From: Eledone cirrhosa
Lineage: Eukaryota
Length of the DNA: 64,000 nucleotides
Direction: 5' to 3'
Assembly: GCA_964016885.1 (NCBI GenBank)
Contig: OZ024742.1
Coordinates: 11,408,001-11,472,000 of the forward strand
Shown here: one piece after another, positions 52,001 through 64,000 of the stretch
How the letters are laid out: each line of letters opens with the position of its first letter
How positions within the stretch are numbered: position 1 is the first letter of the stretch
Program-made: the position numbers and the translations under genes
The notes under the pieces: model-generated
Databases searched by the model: none
What the model was told of the DNA's origin: nothing
The model's input: only the letters and a program-made list of their open reading frames with translations

Positions 52001-55000
52001 CTGACTGATTGGTTTAAGGTAGATCTTGTAGCAGTGGAGTCTTCTGACGTTCTTGGTCCCGGGACCACAACACTCCTGACTGATTGGTTTAAGGTAGAGC
52101 TTGTAGCATTGGAGTCTTCTGACGTTCTTGGTCCCGGGACAACAACACTCCTGACTGATTGGTTTAAGGTAGAGCTTGTAGCAGTGGAGTCTTCTGACGT
52201 TCTTGGTCCCGGGACCACAACACTGCTGACTGATTGGTTTAAGGTAGAGCTTGTAGCAGTGGAGACTTCGGGCGTTCTTGGTCTCGGGACACCAACACTC
52301 CTGACTGATTGGTTTAAGGTAGAGCTTGTAGCAGTGGAGTCTTCTGACGTTCTTGGTCCCGGGACCACAACACTGCTGACTGATTGGTTTAAGGTAGAGC
52401 TTGTAGCAGTGGAGACTTCTGACGTTCTTGGTCCCGGGACCACAACACTGCTGACTGATTGGTTTAAGGTAGATCTTGTAGCAGTGGAGTCTTCTGACGT
52501 TCTTGGTCCCGGGACCACAACACTCCTGACTGATTGGTTTAAGGTAGAGCTTGTAGCATTGGAGTCTTCTGACGTTCTTGGTCCCGGGACAACAACACTC
52601 CTGACTGATTGGTTTAAGGTAGAGCTTGTAGCAGTGGAGTCTTCTGACGTTCTTGGTCCCGGGACCACAACACTGCTGACTGATTGGTTTAAGGTAGAGC
52701 TTGTAGCAGTGGAGACTTCGGGCGTTCTTGGTCTCGGGACACCAACACTCCTGACTGATTGGTTTAAGGTAGAGCTTGTAGCAGTGGAGTCTTCTGACGT
52801 TCTTGGTCCCGGGACCACAACACTGCTGACTGATTGGTTTAAGGTAGAGCTTGTAGCAGTGGAGACTTCTGACGTTCTTGGTCCCGGGACCACAACACTG
52901 CTGACTGATTGGTTTAAGGTAGATCTTGTAGCAGTGGAGTCTTCTGACGTTCTTGGTCCCGGGACCACAACACTCCTGACTGATTGGTTTAAGGTAGAGC
53001 TTGTAGCATTGGAGTCTTCTGACGTTCTTGGTCCCGGGACCACAACACTCCTGACTGATTGGTTTAAGGTAGAGCTTGTAGCAGTGGAGTCTTCTGACGT
53101 TCTTGGTCCCGGGACAACAACACTGCTGACTGATTGGTTTAAGGTAGAGCTTGTAGCAGTGGAGACTTCGGGCGTTCTTGGTCTCGGGACCGCAACACTC
53201 CTGACTGATTGGTTTAAGGTAGAGCTTGTAGCAGTGGAGTCTTCTGACGTTCTTGGTCCCGGGACCACAACACTGCTGACTGATTGGTTTAAGGTAGAGC
53301 TTGTAGCAGTGGAGACTTCGGGCGTTCTTGGTCCCGGGACCACAACACTGCTGACTGATTGGTTTAAGGTAGAGCTTGTAGCAGTGGAGACTTCCGGCGT
53401 TCTTGGTCTCGGGACCCCAACACTCCTGACTGATTGGTTTAAGGTAGAGCTTGTAGCAGTGGAGTCTTCTGACGTTCTCGGTCCCGGGACCACAACACTC
53501 CTGACTGATTGGTTTAAGGTAGAGCTTGTAGCAGTGGAGACTTCGGGCGTTCTTGGTCCCGGGACCACAACACTGCTGACTGATTGCTTTAAGGTAGAGC
53601 TTGTAGCAGTGGAGTCTTCTGACGTTCTTGGTCCCGGGACCACAACACTGCTGACTGATTGGTTTAAGGTAGAGCTTGTAGCAGTGGAGACTTCGGGCAT
53701 TCTTGGTCCCGGGACCACAACACTGCTGACTGATTGGTTTAAGGTAGAGCTTGTAGCAGTGGAGACTTCCGGCGTTCTTGGTCCCGGGACCACAACACTG
53801 CTGACTGATTGCTTTAAGGTAGAGCTTGTAGCAGTGGAGTCTTCTGACGTTCTTGGTCCCAGGACCACAACACTGCTGACTGATTGGTTTAAGGTAGAGC
53901 TTGTAGCAGTGGAGTCTTCTGACGTTCTTGGTCCCGGGACCACAACACTCCTGACTGATTGGTTTAAGGTAGAGCTTGTAGCAGTGGAGACTTCCGGCGT
54001 TCTTGGTCTCGGGACACCAACACTCCTGACTGATTGGTTTAAGGTAGAGCTTGTAGCAGTGGAGTCTTCTGACGTTCTTGGTCCCGGGACCACAACACTG
54101 CTGACTGATTGGTTTAAGGTAGAGCTTGTAGCAGTGGAGACTTCTGACGTTCTTGGTCCCGGGACCACAACACTGCTGACTGATTGGTTTAAGGTAGAGC
54201 TTGTAGCGGTGGAGACTTCGGGCGTTCTTGGTCCCGGGACCACAACACTCCTGACTGATTGGTTTAAGGTAGAGCTTGTAGCAGTGGAGTCTTCTGACGT
54301 TCTTGGTCCCGGGACCACAACACTGCTGACTGATTGGTTTAAGGTAGAGCTTGTAGCAGTGGAGACTTCGGGCGTTCTTGGTCTCGGGACACCAACACTC
54401 CTGACTGATTGGTTTAAGGTAGAGCTTGTAGCAGTGGAGTCTTCTGACGTTCTTGGTCCCGGGACCACAACACTGCTGACTGATTGGTTTAAGGTAGAGC
54501 TTGTAGCAGTGGAGACTTCTGACGTTCTTGGTCCCGGGACCACAACACTGCTGACTGATTGGTTTAAGGTAGATCTTGTAGCAGTGGAGTCTTCTGACGT
54601 TCTTGGTCCCGGGACCACAACACTCCTGACTGATTGGTTTAAGGTAGAGCTTGTAGCATTGGAGTCTTCTGACGTTCTTGGTCCCGGGACAACAACACTC
54701 CTGACTGATTGGTTTAAGGTAGAGCTTGTAGCAGTGGAGTCTTCTGACGTTCTTGGTCCCGGGACCACAACACTGCTGACTGATTGGTTTAAGGTAGAGC
54801 TTGTAGCAGTGGAGACTTCGGGCGTTCTTGGTCTCGGGACACCAACACTCCTGACTGATTGGTTTAAGGTAGAGCTTGTAGCAGTGGAGTCTTCTGACGT
54901 TCTTGGTCCCGGGACCACAACACTGCTGACTGATTGGTTTAAGGTAGAGCTTGTAGCAGTGGAGACTTCTGACGTTCTTGGTCCCGGGACCACAACACTG

Positions 55001-58000
55001 CTGACTGATTGGTTTAAGGTAGATCTTGTAGCAGTGGAGTCTTCTGACGTTCTTGGTCCCGGGACCACAACACTCCTGACTGATTGGTTTAAGGTAGAGC
55101 TTGTAGCATTGGAGTCTTCTGACGTTCTTGGTCCCGGGACCACAACACTCCTGACTGATTGGTTTAAGGTAGAGCTTGTAGCAGTGGAGTCTTCTGACGT
55201 TCTTGGTCCCGGGACAACAACACTGCTGACTGATTGGTTTAAGGTAGAGCTTGTAGCAGTGGAGACTTCGGGCGTTCTTGGTCTCGGGACCGCAACACTC
55301 CTGACTGATTGGTTTAAGGTAGAGCTTGTAGCAGTGGAGTCTTCTGACGTTCTTGGTCCCGGGACCACAACACTGCTGACTGATTGGTTTAAGGTAGAGC
55401 TTGTAGCAGTGGAGACTTCGGGCGTTCTTGGTCCCGGGACCACAACACTGCTGACTGATTGGTTTAAGGTAGAGCTTGTAGCAGTGGAGTCTTCTGACGT
55501 TCTTGGTCCCGGGACCACAACACTGCTGACTGATTGGTTTAAGGTAGAGCTTGTAGCAGTGGAGACTTCGGGCGTTCTTGGTCCCGGGACCACAACACTG
55601 CTGACTGATTGGTTTAAGGTAGAGCTTGTAGCAGTGGAGACTTCCGGCGTTCTTGGTCTCGGGACCCCAACACTCCTGACTGATTGGTTTAAGGTAGAGC
55701 TTGTAGCAGTGGAGTCTTCTGACGTTCTCGGTCCCGGGACCACAACACTCCTGACTGATTGGTTTAAGGTAGAGCTTGTAGCAGTGGAGACTTCGGGCGT
55801 TCTTGGTCCCGGGACCACAACACTGCTGACTGATTGCTTTAAGGTAGAGCTTGTAGCAGTGGAGTCTTCTGACGTTCTTGGTCCCGGGACCACAACACTG
55901 CTGACTGATTGGTTTAAGGTTGAGCTTGTAGCAGTGGAGACTTCGGGCATTCTTGGTCCCGGGACCACAACACTGCTGACTGATTGGTTTAAGGTAGAGC
56001 TTGTAGCAGAGGAGACTTCCGGCGTTCTTGGTCCCGGGACCACAACACTGCTGACTGATTGCTTTAAGGTAGATCTTGTAGCAGTGGAGTCTTCTGACGT
56101 TCTTGGTCCCAGGACCACAACACTGCTGACTGATTGGTTTAAGGTAGAGCTTGTAGCAGTGGAGTCTTCTGACGTTCTTGGTCCCGGGACCACAACACTC
56201 CTGACTGATTGGTTTAAGGTAGAGCTTGTAGCAGTGGAGACTTCCGGCGTTCTTGGTCTCGGGACACCAACACTCCTGACTGATTGGTTTAAGGTAGAGC
56301 TTGTAGCAGTGGAGTCTTCTGACGTTCTTGGTCCCGGGACCACAACACTGCTGACTGATTGGTTTAAGGTAGAGCTTGTAGCAGTGGAGACTTCTGACGT
56401 TCTTGGTCCCGGGACCACAACACTGCTGACTGATTGGTTTAAGGTAGAGCTTGTAGCGGTGGAGACTTCGGGCGTTCTTGGTCCCGGGACCACAACACTC
56501 CTGACTGATTGGTTTAAGGTAGATCTTGTAGCAGTGGAGTCTTCTGACGTTCTTGGTCCCGGGACCACAACACTCCTGACTGATTGGTTTAAGGTAGAGC
56601 TTGTAGCATTGGAGTCTTCTGACGTTCTTGGTCCCGGGACAACAACACTGCTGACTGATTGGTTTAAGGTAGAGCTTGTAGCAGTGGAGTCTTCTGACGT
56701 TCTTGGTCCCGGGACCACAACACTGCTGACTGATTGGTTTAAGGTAGAGCTTGTAGCAGTGGAGACTTCGGGCGTTCTTGGTCTCGGGACACCAACACTC
56801 CTGACTGATTGGTTTAAGGTAGAGCTTGTAGCAGTGGATTCTTCTGACGTTCTTGGTCCCGGGACCACAACACTGCTGACTGATTGGTTTAAGGTAGAGC
56901 TTGTAGCAGTGGAGACTTCTGACGTTCTTGGTCCCGGGACCACAACACTGCTGACTGATTGGTTTAAGGTAGATCTTGTAGCAGTGGAGTCTTCTGACGT
57001 TCTTGGTCCCGGGACCACAACACTCCTGACTGATTGGTTTAAGGTAGAGCTTGTAGCATTGGAGTCTTCTGACGTTCTTGGTCCCGGGACCACAACACTC
57101 CTGACTGATTGGTTTAAGGTAGAGCTTGTAGCAGTGGAGTCTTCTGACGTTCTTGGTCCCGGGACAACAACACTGCTGACTGATTGGTTTAAGGTAGAGC
57201 TTATAGCACTGGAGACTTCCGGCGTTCTTGGTCTCGGGACCCCAACACTCCTGACTGCTTGGTTTAAGGTAGAGCTTGTAGCAGTGGAGTCTTCTGACGT
57301 TCTTGGTCCCGGGACCACAACACTGCTGACTGATTGGTTTAAGGTGGAGCTTGTAGCAGTGGAGTGTTCTGACGTTCTTGGTCCCGGGACCACAACACTC
57401 CTGATGATTAGTTTAAGGTAGAGCTTGTATCAGTGGAGTCTTCTGACGTTCTTGGTCCCGGGACCACAACACTGCTGACTGATTGGTTTAAGGTAGAGCT
57501 TGTAGCAGTGGAGACTTCGGGCGTTCTTGGTCTCGGGACCGCAACACTCCTGACTGATTGGTTTAAGGTAGAGCTTGTAGCAGTGGAGTCTTCTGACGTT
57601 CTTGGTCCCGGGACCACAACACTGCTGACTGATTGGTTTAAGGTAGAGCTTGTAGCAGTGGAGACTTCGGGCGTTCTTGGTCCCGGGACCACAACACTGC
57701 TGACTGATTGGTTTAAGGTAGAGCTTGTAGCAGTGGAGACTTCCGGCGTTCTTGGTCTCGGGACCCCAACACTCCTGACTGATTGGTTTAAGGTAGAGCT
57801 TGTTGCAGTGGAGTCTTCTGACGTTCTCGGTCCCGGGACCACAACACTCCTGACTGATTGGTTTAAGGTAGAGCTTGTAGCAGTGGAGACTTCGGGCGTT
57901 CTTGGTCCCGGGACCACAACACTGCTGACTGATTGCTTTAAGGTAGAGCTTGTAGCAGTGGAGTCTTCTGACGTTCTTGGTCCCGGGACCACAACACTGC

Positions 58001-61000
58001 TGACTGATTGGTTTAAGGTAGAGCTTGTAGCAGTGGAGACTTCGGGCATTCTTGGTCCCGGGACCACAACACTGCTGACTGATTGGTTTAAGGTAGAGCT
58101 TGTAGCAGTGGAGACTTCCGGCGTTCTTGGTCCCGGGACCACAACACTGCTGACTGATTGCTTTAAGGTAGAGCTTGTAGCAGTGGAGTCTTCTGACGTT
58201 CTTGGTCCCAGGACCACAACACTGCTGACTGATTGGTTTAAGGTAGAGCTTGTAGCAGTGGAGTCTTCTGACGTTCTTGGTCCCGGGACCACAACACTCC
58301 TGACTGATTGGTTTAAGGTAGAGCTTGTAGCAGTGGAGACTTCCGGCGTTCTTGGTCTCGGGACACCAACACTCCTGACTGATTGGTTTAAGGTAGAGCT
58401 TGTAGCAGTGGAGTCTTCTGACGTTCTTGGTCCCGGGACCACAACACTGCTGACTGATTGGTTTAAGGTAGAGCTTGTAGCAGTGGAGACTTCGGGCATT
58501 CTTGGTCCCGGGACCACAACACTGCTGACTGATGGGTTTAAGGTAGTGCTTGTAGCAGTGGAGAATTCGGGCGTTCTTGGTCGCGGGACCACAACATTGC
58601 TGACTGATTGCTTTAAGGTAGAGCTTGTAGCAGTGGAGTCTACTGACGTTCTTGGTCCCGGGACCACAACACTCCTGACTGATTGGTTTAAGGTAGAGCT
58701 TGTAGCATTGGAGTCTTCTGACGTTCTTGGTCCCGGGACCACAACACTCCTGACTGATTGGTTTAAGGTAGAGCTTGTAGCAGTGGAGTCTTCTGACGTT
58801 CTTGGTCCCGGGACAACAACACTGCTGACTGATTGGTTTAAGGTAGAGCTTATAGCAGTGGAGACTTCCGGCGTTCTTGGTCTCGGGACCCCAACACTCC
58901 TGACTGCTTGGTTTAAGGTAGAGCTTGTAGCAGTGGAGTCTTCTGACGTTCTTGGTCCCGGGACCACAACACTGCTGACTGATTGGTTTAAGGTGGAGCT
59001 TGTAGCAGTGGAGTGTTCTGACGTTCTTGGTCCCGGGACCACAACACTCCTGATGATTAGTTTAAGGTAGAGCTTGTATCAGTGGAGTCTTCTGACGTTC
59101 TTGGTCCCGGGACCACAACACTGCTGACTGATTGGTTTAAGGTAGAGCTTGTAGCAGTGGAGACTTCCGGCGTTCTTGGTCTCGGGACACCAACACTCCT
59201 GACTGATTGGTTTAAGGTAGAGCTTGTAGCAGTGGAGTCTTCTGACGTTCTTGGTCCCGGGACCACAACACTGCTGACTGATTGGTTTAAGGTAGAGCTT
59301 GTAGCAGTGGAGACTTCGGGCATTCTTGGTCCCGGGACCACAACACTGCTGACTGATGGGTTTAAGGTAGTGCTTGTAGCAGTGGAGAATTCGGGCGTTC
59401 TTGGTCGCGGGACCACAACATTGCTGACTGATTGCTTTAAGGTAGAGCTTGTAGCAGTGGAGTCTACTGACGTTCTTGGTCCCGGGACCACAACACTCCT
59501 GACTGATTGGTTTAAGGTAGAGCTTGTAGCAGTGGAGACTTCGGGCATTCTTGGTCCCGGGACCACAACACTGCTGACTGATTGGTTTAAGGTAGAGCTT
59601 GTAGCAGTGGAGACTTCCGGCGTTCTTGGTCCCGGGACCACAACACTGCTGACTGATTGCTTTAAGGTAGAGCTTGTAGCAGTGGAGTCTTCTGACGTTC
59701 TTGGTCCCAGGACCACAACACTGCTGACTGATTGGTTTAAGGTAGAGCTTGTAGCAGTGGAGTCTTCTGACGTTCTTGGTCCCGGGACCACAACACTCCT
59801 GACTGATTGGTTTAAGGTAGAGCTTGTAGCAGTGGAGACTTCCGGCGTTCTTGGTCTCGGGACACCAACACTCCTGACTGATTGGTTTAAGGTAGAGCTT
59901 GTAGCAGTGGAGTCTTCTGACGTTCTTGGTCCCGGGACCACAACACTGCTGACTGATTGGTTTAAGGTAGAGCTTGTAGCAGTGGAGACTTCGGGCATTC
60001 TTGGTCCCGGGACCACAACACTGCTGACTGATGGGTTTAAGGTAGTGCTTGTAGCAGTGGAGAATTCGGGCGTTCTTGGTCGCGGGACCACAACATTGCT
60101 GACTGATTGCTTTAAGGTAGAGCTTGTAGCAGTGGAGTCTACTGACGTTCTTGGTCCCGGGACCACAACACTCCTGACTGATTGGTTTAAGGTAGAGCTT
60201 GTAGCATTGGAGTCTTCTGACGTTCTTGGTCCCGGGACCACAACACTCCTGACTGATTGGTTTAAGGTAGAGCTTGTAGCAGTGGAGTCTTCTGACGTTC
60301 TTGGTCCCGGGACAACAACACTGCTGACTGATTGGTTTAAGGTAGAGCTTATAGCAGTGGAGACTTCCGGCGTTCTTGGTCTCGGGACCCCAACACTCCT
60401 GACTGCTTGGTTTAAGGTAGAGCTTGTAGCAGTGGAGTCTTCTGACGTTCTTGGTCCCGGGACCACAACACTGCTGACTGATTGGTTTAAGGTGGAGCTT
60501 GTAGCAGTGGAGTGTTCTGACGTTCTTGGTCCCGGGACCACAACACTCCTGATGATTAGTTTAAGGTAGAGCTTGTATCAGTGGAGTCTTCTGACGTTCT
60601 TGGTCCCGGGACCACAACACTGCTGACTGATTGGTTTAAGGTAGAGCTTGTAGCAGTGGAGACTTCGGGCGTTCTTGGTCTCGGGACCCCAACACTCCTG
60701 ACTGATTGGTTTAAGGTAGAGCTTGTAGCAGTGGAGTCTTCTGACGTTCTTGGTCCCGGGACCACAACACTGCTGACTGATTGGTTTAAGGTAGAGCTTG
60801 TAGCAGTGGAGACTTCGGGCGTTCTTGGTCCCGGGACCACAACACTGCTGACTGATTGCTTTAAGGTAGAGCTTCTAGCAGTGGAGTCTTCTGACGTTCT
60901 TGGTCCCGGGACCACAACACTGCTGACTGATTAGTTTAAGGTAGAGCTTGTAGCAGTGGAGTCTTCTGACGTTCTTGGTCCCGGGACCACAACACTGCTG

Positions 61001-64000
61001 CATGATTGGTTTAAGGTAGAGCTTGTAGCAGTGGAGACTTCCGGCGTTCTTGGTCTCGGGACCCCAACACTCCTGACTGATTGGTTTAAGGTAGAGCTTG
61101 TAGCAGTGGAGTCTTCTGACGTTCTTGGTCCCGGGACCACAACACTGCTGACTGATTGGTTTAAGGTAGAGCTTGTAGCAGTGGAGTCTTCTGACGTTCT
61201 TGGTCCCGGGACCACAACACTCCTGACTGATTAGTTTAAGGTAGAGCTTGTAGCAGTGGAGTCTTCTGACGTTCTTGGCCCCGGGACCACAACACTCCTG
61301 ACTGATTGGTTTAACGTAGAGCTTGTAGCAGTGGAGACTTCGGGCGTTCTTGGTCCCGGGACCACAACACTGCTCACTGATTGCTTTAAGGTAGAGCTTG
61401 TAGCAGTGGAGTCTTCTGACGTTCTTGGTCCCGGGACCACAACACTGCTGACTGATTGGTTTAAGGTAGAGCTTGTAGCAGTGGAGACTTCGGGCATTCT
61501 TGGTCCCGGGACCACAACACTGCTGACTGATTGGTTTAAGGTAGAGCTTGTAGCAGTGGAGTCTTCTGACGTTCTTGGTCCCGGGACCACAACACTGCTG
61601 ACTGATTGGTTTAAGGTAGAGCTTGTAGCAGTGGAGTCTTCTGACGTTCTTGGTCCCGGGACCACAACACTCCTGACTGATTGGCTTAAGGTAGAGCTTG
61701 TAGCAGTGGAGTCTTCTGACGTTCTTGGTCCCGGGACCACAACACTGCTGACTGATTGGTTTAAGGTAGAGCTTGTAGCAGTGGAGACTTCGGGCGTTCT
61801 TGGTCTCGGGACCCCAACACTCCTGACTGATTGGTTTAAGTTAGAGCTTATAGCAGTGGAGTCTTCTGACGTTCTTGGTCCCGGGACCACAACACTGCTG
61901 ACTGATTGGTTTAAGGTAGAGCTTGTAGCAGTGGAGACTTCGGGCGTTCTTGGTCTCGGGACCCCAACACTCCTGACTGATTGGTTTAAGGTAGAGCTTG
62001 TAGCAGTGGAGTCTTCTGACGTTCTTGGTCCCGGGACCACAACACTGCTGACTGATTGGTTTAAGGTAGAGCTTGTAGCAGTGAAGACTTCCGGCGTTCT
62101 TGGTCTTGGGACCCCAACACTCCTGACTGATTGGTTTAAGGTAGAGCTGGTAGCAGTGGAGTCTTCTGACGTTCTTGGTCCCGGGACCACAACACTGCTG
62201 ACTGATTGGTTTAAGGTAGAGCTTGTAGCAGTGGAGTCTTCTGACGTTCTTGGTCCCGGGACCACAACACTCCTGACTGATTGGTTTAAGGTAGAGCTTG
62301 TAGCAGTGGAGACTTCGGGCGTTCTTGGTCCCGGGACCACAACACTGCTGACTGATTGGTTTAAGGTAGAGCTTGTAGCAGTGGAGTCTTCTGACGTTCT
62401 TGGTCCCGGGACCACAACACTGCTGACTGATTGGTTTAAGGTAGAGCTTGTAGCAGTGGAGGCTTCGGGCGTTCTTGGTCCCGGGACCACAACACTGCTG
62501 ACTGATTGCTTTAAGGTAGAGCTTGTAGCAGTGGAGTCTTCTGACGTTCTTGGTCCCGGGACCACAACACTGCTGACTGATTGTTTTAAGGTAGAGCTTG
62601 TAGCAGTGGAGTCTTCTGACGTTCTTGGTCCCGGGACCACAACACTCCTGACTGATTGGTTTAAGGTAGAGCTTGTAGCAGTGGAGTCTTCTGACTTTCT
62701 TGGTCCCGGGACCACAACACTGCTGACTGATTGGTTTAAGGTAGAGCTTATAGCAGTGGAGACTGCCGGGGTTCTTGGTCTCGGGACCCCAACACTCCTG
62801 ACTGATTGGTTTAAGGTAGAGCTTGTAGCAGTGGAGTCTTCTGACGTTCTTGGTCCCGGGACCACAACACTGCTGACTGATTGGTTTAAGGTAGAGCTTG
62901 TAGCAGTGGAGTGTTCTGACGTTCTTGGTCCCGGGACCACAACACTCCTGACTGATTAGTTTAATGTAGAGCTTGTAGCAGTGGAGTGTTCTGACGTTCT
63001 TGGTCCCGGGACCACAACACTCCTGACTGATTAGTTTAAGGTAGAGCTTGTAGCAGTGGAGTCTTCTGACGTTCTTGGTCCCGGGACCACAAAACTGCTG
63101 ACTGATTGGTTTAAGGTAGAGCTTGTAGCAGTGGAGACTTCCGGCGTTCTTGGTCTCGGGACCCCAACACTCCTGACTGATTGGTTTAAGGTAGAGCTTG
63201 TAGCAGTGGAGACTTCCGGCGTTCTTGGTCTCGGGACCCCAACACTCCTGACTGATTGGTTTAAGATAGAGCTTGTAGCAATGGAGACTTCGGGCGTTCT
63301 TGGTCCCGGGACCACAACACTGCTGACTGATTGCTTTAAGGTAGAGCTTGTAGCAGTGGAGTCTTCTGACGTTCTTGGTCCCGGGACCACAACACTGCTG
63401 ACTGATTGGTTTAAGGTAGAGCTTGTAGCAGTGGAGTCTTCTGACGTTCTTGGTCTCGGGACCCCAACACTCCTGACTGATTGGTTTAAGGTAGAGCTTG
63501 TTGCAGTGGAGTCTTCTGACGTTCTTGGTCCCGGGACCACAACACTGCTGACTGATTGGTTTAAGGTAGAGCTTGTAGCAGTGGAGTGTTCTGACGTTCT
63601 TGGACCCGGGACCACAACACTCCTGACTGATTAGTTTAAGGTAGAGCTTGTAACAGTGGAGTCTTCTGACGTTCTTGGTCCCGGGACCACAACACTGCTG
63701 ACTGATTGCTTTAAGGTAGAGCTTGTATTAGTGGAGACTTCTGACGTTCTTGGTCCCGGGACCACAACACTGCTGACTGATTGGTTTAAGGTAGAGCTTG
63801 TAGCAGTGGAGTCTTCTGACGTTCTTGGTCCCGGGACCACAACACTGCTGACTGATTGGTTTAAGGTAGAGCTTGTAGCAGTGGAGTCTTCTGACGTTCT
63901 TGGTCCCGGGACCACAACACTGCTGACTGATTGGTTTAAGGTAGAGCTTGTAGCAGTGGAGTCTTCTGACGTTCTTGGTCCCGGGACCACAACACTGCTG
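31029..64000 (-). pseudogene. Mucin-like (PTS) repeat reading frame, (STATSSTLNQSVSSVVVPGPRTSED)n, interrupted by ~30 stops and ~9 frameshifts
   Basis: The 25-aa unit is about half Ser/Thr/Pro and has an NQS sequon. The longest ORF is 2344 aa (50359-57393). The frame exits the array into unique sequence LSESVQYSDGLPSSLPTEE*. The 5' end lies outside the window. Confidence 0.45.
31082..64000. repeat. Giant 75-bp tandem array (~440 units, continues past the window)
   Basis: Consensus GGTTTAAGGTAGAGCTTGTAGCAGTGGAGTCTTCTGACGTTCTTGGTCCCGGGACCACAACACTGCTGACTGATT. Units differ by a few recurrent variants and there are no unique spacers. Confidence 0.98.

Noticed and set aside
31039-63634. Plus-strand KVELVAVE.. 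ORFs as independent genes
   Set aside because: They are the antisense shadow of the PTS frame, sharing third codon positions. The starts are GTG codons inside the repeat and no domain is recognisable.
31082-64000. CRISPR array
   Set aside because: The units are contiguous with no unique spacers, there are no cas genes, and the context is eukaryotic.
31082-64000. Recursive splice (AG|GT) sites in each unit, CTGAC..TTTAAG|GTAGAG
   Set aside because: The polypyrimidine tract is weak, the branch motif is too close and the donor is poor, so the motif is not supportable without RNA data.

Overview
This is repeat-rich animal genomic DNA, most likely from an octopod cephalopod (inferred from the SINE family and microsatellite load). 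No intact, recognisable host gene is present. 1-20 kb is a microsatellite-dense stretch of retroelement remnants: R4/Dong-like RLE LINE ends inserted in (CATA)n, RTE-derived elements in (TA)n, tRNA-SINEs, CR1/Jockey-like fragments, and a cluster of Penelope-like remnants with hammerhead-ribozyme (HHR) motifs and fold-back palindromes. 20-64 kb holds three adjacent tandem arrays: a 50-bp minisatellite (~8 kb), a 45-bp repeat (~2 kb) and a 75-bp array of over 33 kb that runs off the window end. The 75-bp unit reads on the minus strand as a 25-aa Ser/Thr mucin-like repeat with an NQS sequon, but the array carries amplified stops, frameshifts and nested higher-order repeats. The main leads are: (1) palindromes that pivot on different stems of hammerhead ribozymes; (2) the giant mucin-like array and a ~750-codon Gly/Asp/His frame, missing from the ORF track, that lies in the same register just downstream; (3) retroelement clades that segregate by microsatellite type.
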